DNA from: a candidate division FCPU426 bacterium
Lineage (GTDB): Bacteria > Oederibacteriota > Muellerivitia > Muellerivitales > Muellerivitaceae
DNA length: 64,000 bases
Assembly: GCA_963830915.1 (NCBI GenBank)
Contig: CAWHOE010000051.1
Coordinates: 64,001-128,000 of the forward strand
Direction of reading: 5' to 3'
The position numbers were made by a program, and so were the translations under genes. The stretch's first letter is position 1, and each line of letters starts with the position of its first letter. This document shows positions 51,301 through 60,151 of this stretch, piece by piece. The notes below the pieces were generated by a model. The model saw only the letters and a list, made by a program, of their open reading frames with translations, was not told the DNA's origin and searched no databases.

Positions 51301-53045
51301 CTTGGTTTACTCCTGTTGCGACAGTGACCAGTCCGACCTCAGTCCTTTCCGACATTGGAGTTACTGGGTATGTGAATTATTACCAAGTTTTGGCCAACAA
51401 TGGGTCCGGAGTTTCCGCGAACCCCTTGACCGTGGGTTCTTCCTCGATATCACTTTGGCCAAACCCACCCAACCCGTTGTCAGTATTGGCAGGACCTAGT
51501 GCAGTCACTCTTTATTGGTCCACGCCCCAAGGAAATGTACCTGTCTCTATTTATGATGTTTTTCGTAGTACTTTTGCGGGAGGGCCAAAGGTCCTAATCG
51601 GGGAAATTACCCCTTTGCCCATACCAACGATGTCGCCGACTCCTAATCTTTTTGTTGATTCACCCCCAAACATCGGGACAAGTTATTACTATTGGGTGGA
51701 TGCCCAAGCCGCTGGTTTGGTGAGTACGCCAAGCATAGAGCAGGCGGGGATACCCATGATTGGACCAACCCTACAGATCACAGCCTTACCGAGCGAGAAT
51801 ATCCTGAATTGGTCCCCGGTCACGGTTTCGACAGGTTCCAGCGTGACAGGTTATGCCGTTTATCGGATGGCTATGCCCACGCCTGTATCTCCGAGTCTAA
51901 CTCCGGTATTCTTACAAATAGGACCGATCCTGGAGGGATTATCCAATACCTCTTACGCCGATACGAGTATTACGGATTCAACTTTCTATATTTACAAGAT
52001 AGCTGCCACATCAAATACTAACAACCCCGCTACAGTTCTCTCGACATTCTCAAACCCTTGTTCTCAGTTGGTGCTCCCGATGCCAGTCGCCAACTTGGAA
52101 GCTGTTGGGGGGGATGGGTTGGTCCAACTTCGTTGGAATTACCAGGGGCCACAGACTTTCCTCTATAATATCCAAAGAAAGTTGGGAACCGCGCCGGATA
52201 GCGCGTATCAAATCTTGAAGAACGGATATCAAGGAACGGATTTCTTGGATACCGGACTTCAAGATAAGACTTTTTATACCTATCAAGTTATTACAGTGGA
52301 TTCGACTGGGTTGACTTCCACTGCGCAAACCGTCAATGCCTTGCCTGCCAAGCCGCCATTGGTGTTGAATCCCATAGTCTCGTTAAGCCAGGGTAAGGAT
52401 TTAGCTAATGGAGAAGCCCAGACCGGCAACACTCTGGGATGGTATCCAGCCAACCTCACTCTTTCAGGGTCGGTGACCTTTGACCCAACTACTATGTATC
52501 CTTTAGGTGGTTACCACATATATCGTTCTCCCAATGGGGGAGGCAGTTTTGACGTTGGGACATTCATTGGTTCAGTGCCTGCCACTCCGGCTTCAGCGGT
52601 TACCGTTGATTATTTAGACCCGGTTCAATTATTGAACGGTCAAACCAACACGTACCTGATCAGGGCATTCGATGCCCCTCCTGATGTGCCTGTGACCAAT
52701 GTGAATATGGTCCATGAAACACCTTATAGTCCCATCACTGCCTATCCTTTAAGCGCTGGAGCTGCTTTGGATCGCAATGCCATTCGGCCTTTCGGGGCAG
52801 GGAACGAACAGGTGGTCAATATCCGATTCGTGGTCACTAACCCGGGCAACGTTGAAATCAAGGTTTATACTCTTTCCGGGACTTTCGTAAAGGAAGTAGT
52901 GAATAAATATTATGATACCGGCGTTTGGTGGTTTTCTTGGAATGCTCATAACATGAACGGTTCATTGGTCGCATCGGGCGTTTATCTGGTGTCGGTCGAG
53001 ATGAACGGTCATCAGGAAATTGATAAGGTTGCAGTCATTAAATAA
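48333..53045 (+). CDS. Large secreted FN3-repeat, Thr/Pro-rich protein with FlgD-Ig / T9SS type-A-like C-terminal domain
   Basis: Signal peptide; many FN3 units (PTGLTA..LQW..Y..YQD..Y.FQV.A); C-terminal IRFVVTNPGNVEIKVYTLSG...WNAHNMNGSLVASGVYLV...KVAVIK. Confidence 0.85.
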   Translation: MGIGLRKNFMGLIRLFKPGCLAQFWVFFIVSMVVFQSPIRSSAQLAPPTGLTAVSPYNGQANLQWTPVATESPTAYLIQRVLLDLTDTPTPTPTGTLTPTDTPVPVAVVSGGTTGYQDDQVTNGRNYQFQVAVVDASVSSTGVYSNPITYIPYSVPAAIQLVTVQDLHSNALDLSWGIPLSTYPVTNYIVYQYINLAPSPTPSYTFTPTYTPTVPTVTPSGTWTATFTYTPTHSYTLTNTFTPTPSLSISQFLGLALPIATTTSTSFTDFSPGTYGSAYFSYAIVAQDNQGNLGLAPNNSTMPMQAENLKPLEPTLSGLISLSVTPVIGGLGNDGYGVRLIWNGALASEGVTEYQVLANNTPIATISYSTPVPTATYDDVTIPLSSRSSNLTNYSLVASNSFGTVNSGTVPENILAASIPGPLVVTPVATSNSVTLTWTTGTAGTYGLIGYHLYKGYSGVPTPFLPTPGLGTNTPTATPTPFQVIYITPSSTPTVIAVDTIANANHLSYWVVPFDAVTLDGLGAAATPVSLNLAPTPVTALTALTPVGNNIIQVSWSVATPGFYGTPQYYEIYREIQKPTPSGTLTPVPIATVTYSQNSYTDNVPNATPNAVIAYQVAAVDDQGNASDLSAFSNGVSAVTALAPPLAPMVQPAVGSASTLVFSWIPNPASDGVDSYYLYSAGTNFTMTPSPTPLAIVTPSPTMNIVATALPWMVYSNYLQAHNAAGFSAPATLSGIPVTDYQVTAVMASGSRTMSVTWNLNPPAGSTPAIDSFGIYRSNTTGANFTPIATVSFPNPGFPATPSFNDSNLSAGVSYSYRVTIRSDGPTTLLAESPLYPTMTSTPEASSGTWPNPPTGVTAIGGITQTSLYWASNLASDNVLSYVIFHNGTPTTTVTPSPTMMAAFVETPQSVSTYWVVAQNAQGPSNPSVPSADLMAPSLTPTVILTPPAWLSPTPNMTPAYPPLVWISGLTYSGSVSGYTINRSTDPGFTWFTPVATVTSPTSVLSDIGVTGYVNYYQVLANNGSGVSANPLTVGSSSISLWPNPPNPLSVLAGPSAVTLYWSTPQGNVPVSIYDVFRSTFAGGPKVLIGEITPLPIPTMSPTPNLFVDSPPNIGTSYYYWVDAQAAGLVSTPSIEQAGIPMIGPTLQITALPSENILNWSPVTVSTGSSVTGYAVYRMAMPTPVSPSLTPVFLQIGPILEGLSNTSYADTSITDSTFYIYKIAATSNTNNPATVLSTFSNPCSQLVLPMPVANLEAVGGDGLVQLRWNYQGPQTFLYNIQRKLGTAPDSAYQILKNGYQGTDFLDTGLQDKTFYTYQVITVDSTGLTSTAQTVNALPAKPPLVLNPIVSLSQGKDLANGEAQTGNTLGWYPANLTLSGSVTFDPTTMYPLGGYHIYRSPNGGGSFDVGTFIGSVPATPASAVTVDYLDPVQLLNGQTNTYLIRAFDAPPDVPVTNVNMVHETPYSPITAYPLSAGAALDRNAIRPFGAGNEQVVNIRFVVTNPGNVEIKVYTLSGTFVKEVVNKYYDTGVWWFSWNAHNMNGSLVASGVYLVSVEMNGHQEIDKVAVIK
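48921..49070 (+). repeat. Low-complexity (x-Thr)n / Thr-Pro coding tract
   Basis: APSPTPSYTFTPTYTPTVPTVTPSGTWTATFTYTPTHSYTLTNTFTPTPS. Confidence 0.7.
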
Positions 53046-53047
53046 CG

Positions 53048-53800
53048 ATGTTTAAAACCATTAAAATAATTCCTCGTTGGTTGACCGATTCGCTCTTCCC
53101 CAAGATATGCCGTTATTGTGGGGATACATTTTCTGATGGCCTGGCGAATGTACTCTGTCGATCTTGTTTTGAACTACATCCGCGGTACGAAGAGCCTGTC
53201 TGTGACCATTGCGGTTTTCCCCTTCCTGACCGAGGCTTTGAGGATGCTCCGAGAAAAAGATGTTCCGATTGCGGGGATGGAGAATTTCAGTTGGATCATG
53301 TTAGATCTTATGGTTCGTATGAAGGTTCTTTACGGATCGCCCATCATGCTTTCAAGTTCGAGGGAATGGAATCGTTCAAAAAGGATATAGTTTTGAAAAT
53401 GCTAGAAACTATACCGGACGAATTTTGGAAAGGAGTGGATTGTCTTTGCCCGATTCCGATGAGTTCGGATCGAGAAAGGGAAAAAGGATATAATCCGTCC
53501 TATTCATTAGTGGAAGAAATTTCCAAGAGGAAAAGCATCCCTATGAAGAGATTATTGTACAAAACTCGAGTCACGAAGCCTCAAATGTCCTTGAGTAAAA
53601 AAGATCGGCTGGAAAATCCAAAGGGTTCTTATGGATTTATGGCAAACCAAGGAAAAGGGGGAAGCGGCCCTCGGAATGTGCTTCTTGTGGATGATGTTTT
53701 CACCACCGGGGCGACTTTAGAAGAATGCGCTAGGATTTTGAAGGTGGGAGGGATCGTTTGGGTGGGAGCCCTTGTTTTTGGCCGGACTCCGCATCATTAA
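53048..53800 (+). CDS. comF: ComF family protein (zinc ribbon + PRTase)
   Basis: Four CxxC pairs, PIPMS...KGYNP, LLVDDVFTTGATL. Confidence 0.92.
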   Translation: MFKTIKIIPRWLTDSLFPKICRYCGDTFSDGLANVLCRSCFELHPRYEEPVCDHCGFPLPDRGFEDAPRKRCSDCGDGEFQLDHVRSYGSYEGSLRIAHHAFKFEGMESFKKDIVLKMLETIPDEFWKGVDCLCPIPMSSDREREKGYNPSYSLVEEISKRKSIPMKRLLYKTRVTKPQMSLSKKDRLENPKGSYGFMANQGKGGSGPRNVLLVDDVFTTGATLEECARILKVGGIVWVGALVFGRTPHH

Positions 53801-53945
53801 TGGACTGTAAATGAGTTTTTTATATCGACTGGTTGTTGGTTAAAGCCAGAATTAAGAAGCTTTCCCGGACTAAGCTCGGAAATTAAATTGCTGATTTATT
53901 TCAAAAGACGTAATTTTGTCAACTTCCCCAATATGATGGTCGCTA

Positions 53946-55014
<1,069 letters not shown>

Positions 55015-55035
55015 TAACCCTTTTAGGGGTGACGA

Positions 55036-55463
55036 ATGGTTCCTGCTGTTTGGTGGATTATCACGGCGGTTGTTTTTTTCATTTTGGAAATGGCAACCGC
55101 CTCTTTTTCTTCCTCTGGATCGGCGCCGGGGCTGTTTTGACGGCGCTGACCAGTCTTTTTGCCGATAAAGACTGGATCCAGTACACGGTTTTCGCTGTTT
55201 CTTCCATCCTCCTAGTTGTCCTGAGCAGGCCTTGGGCCAAGCTTTTTTCTGGCAAAAATATCCGGCTTTCCAATGTCGACGCCTTGATCGGACAAACTGG
55301 TTCCGTGACCAAGGTGCAACGCGACTTCCCTTGGCAGGGATATATCAAAGTGGGTGGTGAAATGTGGAAAGTCGAGTCCGAGAACAAAGTGCCTCTTACC
55401 TTAGAAGGTAATGTCGTGGTTTTAGAGGCTCGGTCTAATGTTCTGGTCGTTAAGGTTCAGTAA
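55036..55463 (+). CDS. nfeD: NfeD/YbbJ-family membrane protein (1-bp frameshift in the T5 run at 55104-55108)
   Basis: ATG 55036 reads MVPAVWWIITAVVFFILEMATAS. Adding one T joins it to FFFLWIGAGA...LIGQTG...IKVGGEMW (OB fold). Lies upstream of an SPFH gene. Confidence 0.85.
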
Positions 55464-55484
55464 AGGTTTTGAAAGGAGCTCAAC

Positions 55485-56402
55485 ATGGAAGGTCCTATTT
55501 TTGTAATATTGGTCATTTTCGCTTTCATATATGTTTTTAACGCGGTCCGAATCGTCCGGCCCTACGAGAAGGGCTTGGTGGAGCGGTTGGGTAAATATAT
55601 CCGTACCTGCGAATCGGGTCTCAATATCCTTACCCCCTTCGTCGAGAAAATGATCAAGGTTGATCTTCGAGAGCAAGTCATTGAGGTTCCTCCTCAGGAA
55701 GTCATTACCAAGGACAACGTGGTTGTTACGGTCGACGCTATCATTTATTTCCATGTGAGCGATCCATTCAAGGTAGTTTACAACGTCAAACGCTTCGAGA
55801 TGTCGGCATTGAAACTGGCCCAGACGAATCTGCGCAATACCATCGGTGAATTGGATCTGGACCAGACTTTGAATAGTCGTGAACGCATCAATACCCAGAT
55901 CAGAGAGATCTTGGATGAAGCGACTGATAAATGGGGTGTAAAGGTAACGAGGGTTGAGATCCAAAAGATCGATCCACCCGCGGATATCGTGAACGCCATG
56001 AGCGCCCAAATGAAGGCCGAAAGAACGAAAAGAGCGGCGATTATCGAGGCTGAAGGGATCAAACAGGCGGCAATCACAACGGCCGAGGGTCAAAAACAAT
56101 CGGCAATCTTGAAAGCTGAAGGAGAGGCTGGTGCCATTGAAAGGGTAGCTACCGCCAACAAGTTCCAAAAGATCGCCTTGGCGGAAGGGGAAGGACAAGC
56201 GGTCTTGACGGTATTCAAGGCCATCCATGAAGGGAACCCCACACAAGATCTGCTGGCATTGAAGTATATGGAAATGCTCAAAAACGTGGCGGATGGTCAA
56301 GCTACCAAGATTTTCCTGCCATTGGAAGCGGCGGGAACTCTTGGAGCCTTGGGCACTATCGCCGAGGCTTTTAAGACTGATTTGAAGGGAAAAGGGAAAT
56401 AA
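55485..56402 (+). CDS. qmcA: SPFH/Band 7 (QmcA/stomatin-like) protein
   Basis: VERLGKY, QEVITKDNV, QTNLRNTIG, WGVKVTRVEI, QMKAER. Confidence 0.92.
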   Translation: MEGPIFVILVIFAFIYVFNAVRIVRPYEKGLVERLGKYIRTCESGLNILTPFVEKMIKVDLREQVIEVPPQEVITKDNVVVTVDAIIYFHVSDPFKVVYNVKRFEMSALKLAQTNLRNTIGELDLDQTLNSRERINTQIREILDEATDKWGVKVTRVEIQKIDPPADIVNAMSAQMKAERTKRAAIIEAEGIKQAAITTAEGQKQSAILKAEGEAGAIERVATANKFQKIALAEGEGQAVLTVFKAIHEGNPTQDLLALKYMEMLKNVADGQATKIFLPLEAAGTLGALGTIAEAFKTDLKGKGK

Positions 56403-56471
56403 GTTCCTACGGGGAGCGTAGAGAGCATGGTTGGTGATTACCAGCCACATTAAGAAAAGGAGAAAGGGAAA

Positions 56472-57677
56472 ATGGCTACCTACAACAAGATGAGCGTGGA
56501 AGATCTTAAACCAGCGGGAAAAAAGGTATTCGTCCGGGTGGATTTCAACGTACCTCAGGATGAGAGCCTAAAGATCACGGACGATACCCGTATCCGCGAG
56601 TCACTCAAGACCATTAAGTACCTTTCAGATAAAGGGGCGAAAGTCATCCTTTGTTCCCATTTGGGAAGACCCAAAGGAAAAAAGAACGATAAATACAGTC
56701 TGAAACCTGTAGCGGTTCGTTTGGCGGAATTGTTAGGTAAACCGGTTTTGATGCTCCCAGATTGCATAGGGGACGCAGTGAAGGCGGAGATCGCCAAGAT
56801 GAAGGATGGCGATGTTGCCTTGTTGGAGAATGTTCGATTCTACGAACAAGAGGAAAAAAACGATCCAACCTTCGCCAAACAGCTTTCTGAATTGGCGGAA
56901 ATCTATGTGAATGACGCCTTTGGGACAGCCCATCGGGCTCACGCCTCCACCGAAGGCGTTACCAAGTACTTGAAACCTTGTGCGGCGGGATTCCTGATGA
57001 TGAAGGAGATAAAATACCTAGGTGGGGCGGTTTCCAATCCCGGGCATCCTTTCGTCGCCATTATCGGGGGCGCAAAGATTTCCGGAAAGATCGATGTCAT
57101 CTCTAATCTTATGAATGTGGCAGACACTGTCATAGTGGGTGGCGGGATGGCTTATACCTTTTTCAAGTCCGAGGGATATGAAATCGGGAAGTCTTTATTG
57201 GAAGCTGATAAAGTTGAATTGGCCAAAGAAACCTTGGCGAAGTCCAAGAGGATCAACAAGCCACTGCTCCTGCCGGTCGACAACGTTATCGCACAGGATC
57301 TAAAGGAAGGGGTTCCAACAAAAGTTGTTCCGTCAAATCAGATCCCGGCTGATTGGGAAGGTTTGGATGTTGGGCCTGAAACGTTGAAAAAATATAAGGA
57401 AGTTATCTCGAAAGCTAAGACAATTTTTTGGAATGGTCCTGTGGGGGCTTTTGAGGTAAAACCATTCGACAAGGGAACCATGGAAGTCGCCAAGATGTTG
57501 GCTGAAGCTACTGGCCGTGGGGCTGACACTATCGTAGGAGGCGGAGACTCGGTCGCCGCAGTTACTCAGATGGGTCTTTCCGATAAGATGTCCCATGTTT
57601 CTACCGGAGGTGGGGCGTCCTTGGAGTTCATGGAAGGCAAGATTCTTCCTGGGATCGCGGCTTTATCGGATAAATAG
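56472..57677 (+). CDS. pgk: Phosphoglycerate kinase
   Basis: RVDFNVP, SHLGRPKG, NDAFGTAHRAHAS, WNGPVG, STGGGASLE. Confidence 0.98.
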   Translation: MATYNKMSVEDLKPAGKKVFVRVDFNVPQDESLKITDDTRIRESLKTIKYLSDKGAKVILCSHLGRPKGKKNDKYSLKPVAVRLAELLGKPVLMLPDCIGDAVKAEIAKMKDGDVALLENVRFYEQEEKNDPTFAKQLSELAEIYVNDAFGTAHRAHASTEGVTKYLKPCAAGFLMMKEIKYLGGAVSNPGHPFVAIIGGAKISGKIDVISNLMNVADTVIVGGGMAYTFFKSEGYEIGKSLLEADKVELAKETLAKSKRINKPLLLPVDNVIAQDLKEGVPTKVVPSNQIPADWEGLDVGPETLKKYKEVISKAKTIFWNGPVGAFEVKPFDKGTMEVAKMLAEATGRGADTIVGGGDSVAAVTQMGLSDKMSHVSTGGGASLEFMEGKILPGIAALSDK

Positions 57678-57696
57678 TAGACAACCAAGTTTTTCG

Positions 57697-57729
57697 AGCG
57701 GGTGCCAATTGATTGGCACCCGCTTTTTT
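57697..57729 (+). terminator. Rho-independent terminator between pgk and tpiA
   Basis: AGCGGGTGCCAAT-TG-ATTGGCACCCGCT followed by a T run. Confidence 0.8.
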
Positions 57730-57762
57730 AATACGAATATAAATTAATTCAAGGAGATTTCG

Positions 57763-58512
57763 ATGCGTAAACCTGTCTTGGCGGGGAATTGGAAAATGTA
57801 CAAATCGATCAAAGAGTCGGTCGATTTCGTCAAGGAGCTTCAGGAAAAATTGAAAAACATCAAGGATCGCGAGATTCTGGTTTGCCCCAGCTATCTTTCC
57901 GTGCCAGCGGTTGCGGAAGCCTTAGGCTTCTCTAATATCCAAGTAGGGTGTCAAGATGCCCATTGGGAGAATGAAGGGGCATATACGGGTAATGTGAGTC
58001 CGGCCATGGCGAAGGAAGCAGGAGTCGCTTACATTATCCTGGGACATTCCGAGAAAAGACAGTATGACGCCGAAACAGATCAAAGGATCAACAAGAAGCT
58101 AAAAAACGTGCTTAAGAATGGGTTGAAAGCCATCGTATGTGTCGGAGAAACTTTGCAGGAAAGGGAATCATCAAAGACCGAAAAAGTGATCGAAAACCAA
58201 TTGACGGGGTGCTTTGAAGGTATTGGTTTAGGTGATTTGATGAACATTGTGATCGCTTATGAACCGGTTTGGGCTATAGGCACAGGAAAAACGGCAACGC
58301 CGGAGCAAGCCAATGAAGTTCATGCGTTTATAAGGGGTTGGATCGGAAAGAAGTTCAATCAAGAAGCGGCCGATGCGATGAGGATCCAATATGGAGGAAG
58401 CGTTAAACCGGAGAATATTAAGCAATTAATGGACCAACCGGATATCGATGGCGCCTTGGTCGGAGGAGCTAGCCTAAAAGTCGATTCTTTTTCCGCCATT
58501 GCAGGGTACTAA
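57763..58512 (+). CDS. tpiA: Triosephosphate isomerase
   Basis: AGNWKM, GHSE, AYEPVWAIGTG, YGGSVK, LVGGASL. Confidence 0.98.
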   Translation: MRKPVLAGNWKMYKSIKESVDFVKELQEKLKNIKDREILVCPSYLSVPAVAEALGFSNIQVGCQDAHWENEGAYTGNVSPAMAKEAGVAYIILGHSEKRQYDAETDQRINKKLKNVLKNGLKAIVCVGETLQERESSKTEKVIENQLTGCFEGIGLGDLMNIVIAYEPVWAIGTGKTATPEQANEVHAFIRGWIGKKFNQEAADAMRIQYGGSVKPENIKQLMDQPDIDGALVGGASLKVDSFSAIAGY

Positions 58513-58550
58513 AACCGATTTGGTTTAAAAGTTTTATTGGAAATTAGTGG

Positions 58551-58586
58551 CTGGTTTCATTTAAAATGAAACCAGTTTCATTTAAA
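58551..58586. promoter_or_regulatory. Nested inverted/direct repeat, putative operator upstream of secG-lacI
   Basis: CTGGTTTCATTT-A-AAATGAAACCAG overlaps AAATGAAAC-CA-GTTTCATTT; GTTTCATTTAAA repeats at a 21-bp period. Confidence 0.5.
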
Positions 58587-58599
58587 CCTAAGGAGTAAC

Positions 58600-58995
58600 A
58601 TGACTGTCTTAATCACCATCTTGTTTGTTTTGACATCTTTTCTTCTGGTCGGTGTAGTTTTGATTCAGCAGCCCAAAACATCAGGGGGATTATTTTCCGG
58701 AACTGGACAGAGTCTATTGGGAACTGGAGGTAAAACATTTTGGACGAAGTTCACAGTCATTGTGGCCGCTGTTTTTATGACCTTGTGTTTGATATTGTCT
58801 GTCATTCCACGTTTGGAAAAACCAGGAAGTTCAATAGCTGATATCATTGAGAAGCAACAGCAAGCCGCTCATCCGGGGGGGGCTGCGCAGTCTGGCACCG
58901 CACCCGCTCAGGCTGCTTCTGATACCAAGTCAAATCCTGCGCCGCAGGCAGTACCTGGGTTACCGAACCCGAGCAATCAACCGGCTACGAAATAA
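58600..58995 (+). CDS. secG: Preprotein translocase subunit SecG
   Basis: LLVGVVLIQQPKTSGGLFSG...TKFTVIVAAVF; conserved position after tpiA. Confidence 0.9.
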   Translation: MTVLITILFVLTSFLLVGVVLIQQPKTSGGLFSGTGQSLLGTGGKTFWTKFTVIVAAVFMTLCLILSVIPRLEKPGSSIADIIEKQQQAAHPGGAAQSGTAPAQAASDTKSNPAPQAVPGLPNPSNQPATK

Positions 58996-59046
58996 TATTG
59001 TTGATGGATTTAGCTTTTTAATAAATTAAGCAGGAGTGAAAACGAT

Positions 59047-60111
59047 ATGATAGGTGGAAGCGGATCCAGATCTACACTAAAGCAAATAGCTAAATATTGC
59101 GGTGTTTCCCATACGACCGTTTCCATGGTCATCAACCAAAATCCAAGGATATCAGCTGAGACCCGGGAAAAGGTTATGGCCGCCATCAAGAAGTTCAATT
59201 ATTACCCAAACGTAGCGGCTCGTAGTCTGGTCATGTCCAGGACGAATACGATCGGTATTTTCGGCACCATGTTCGATTCCCCTTATTACAATGAGATTAT
59301 TCGCGGTATTGAGATGGAATGTCGTCACGCTAATGTCGACCTGAAGATCTATAACTGCAACGGTAGCCTTGAGGATTTCAACGATATCTATGACCGTATT
59401 CTTGGCGAGCGTCGAATTGACGCTGTTATCGCTCTTTCTGTGCCGATGGAAGACGCTGTTTTAGACCGATTCCGCAAGGAAGAATTGCCTCTGATTATTT
59501 TGCAACCAGTGGCTATTGAAGGACCCAATCATTTATTGGAAAAAATACCTACCCTTCAAGCGGAAGACCATAAAGGAATCTATAAAGCGGTTTCGTATCT
59601 TATTTCCCTTGGGCACAAAAGGATCGGTTTTGTGAATGGACCTGAGCATTTAAAAATCTGTCAGGACCGTCAATCGGGATATCGGGAAGCCCTTCGGGAT
59701 AACAACATTCCCTATCAAGAATTCATGGTTGCCTATTCGCATTTCCGTCCGGACGCTTTCACAATGGACGCGGGTTATCAATTGGGAAGGGAACTTTTGG
59801 ATAGGATCCCGGATATGACCGCCATTTGTTGCGTTTCGGATACCATGGCAATCGGTGTCATGAAAGCAGCCCGCCATAAGGGTAAGTCGGTACCTGAAAA
59901 CGTCTCTATTATTGGATTCGATGATACCTATGTGGCTCGCTTAGCTGATCCATCCCTGACAACCCTGCATCAGCCCCTTTTGGAGATGGGGAAAGCTTCG
60001 GTGACCATCGCTCACTCGATCTTGAATGGGAAAGCAGTCGAATACCTTCATCGGGGCTTCGACGTGGAATTGATCATCCGAGAATCAACCGCTAAGCCTC
60101 GGAAGAAATAA
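59047..60111 (+). CDS. LacI-family transcriptional regulator
   Basis: TLKQIAKYCGVSHTTVSMVIN, YYPNVAARSL, SIIGFDD, ELIIRES. Confidence 0.95.
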   Translation: MIGGSGSRSTLKQIAKYCGVSHTTVSMVINQNPRISAETREKVMAAIKKFNYYPNVAARSLVMSRTNTIGIFGTMFDSPYYNEIIRGIEMECRHANVDLKIYNCNGSLEDFNDIYDRILGERRIDAVIALSVPMEDAVLDRFRKEELPLIILQPVAIEGPNHLLEKIPTLQAEDHKGIYKAVSYLISLGHKRIGFVNGPEHLKICQDRQSGYREALRDNNIPYQEFMVAYSHFRPDAFTMDAGYQLGRELLDRIPDMTAICCVSDTMAIGVMKAARHKGKSVPENVSIIGFDDTYVARLADPSLTTLHQPLLEMGKASVTIAHSILNGKAVEYLHRGFDVELIIRESTAKPRKK

Positions 60112-60151
60112 TACTTTTCTTCTAGGATTTATTCTCGTTTGTTTTCCTATA

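Noticed and set aside
56428..56447. Hairpin TGGTTGGT-GATT-ACCAGCCA between the SPFH gene and pgk
   Set aside because: No U-tract, so not called as a terminator; function cannot be supported.
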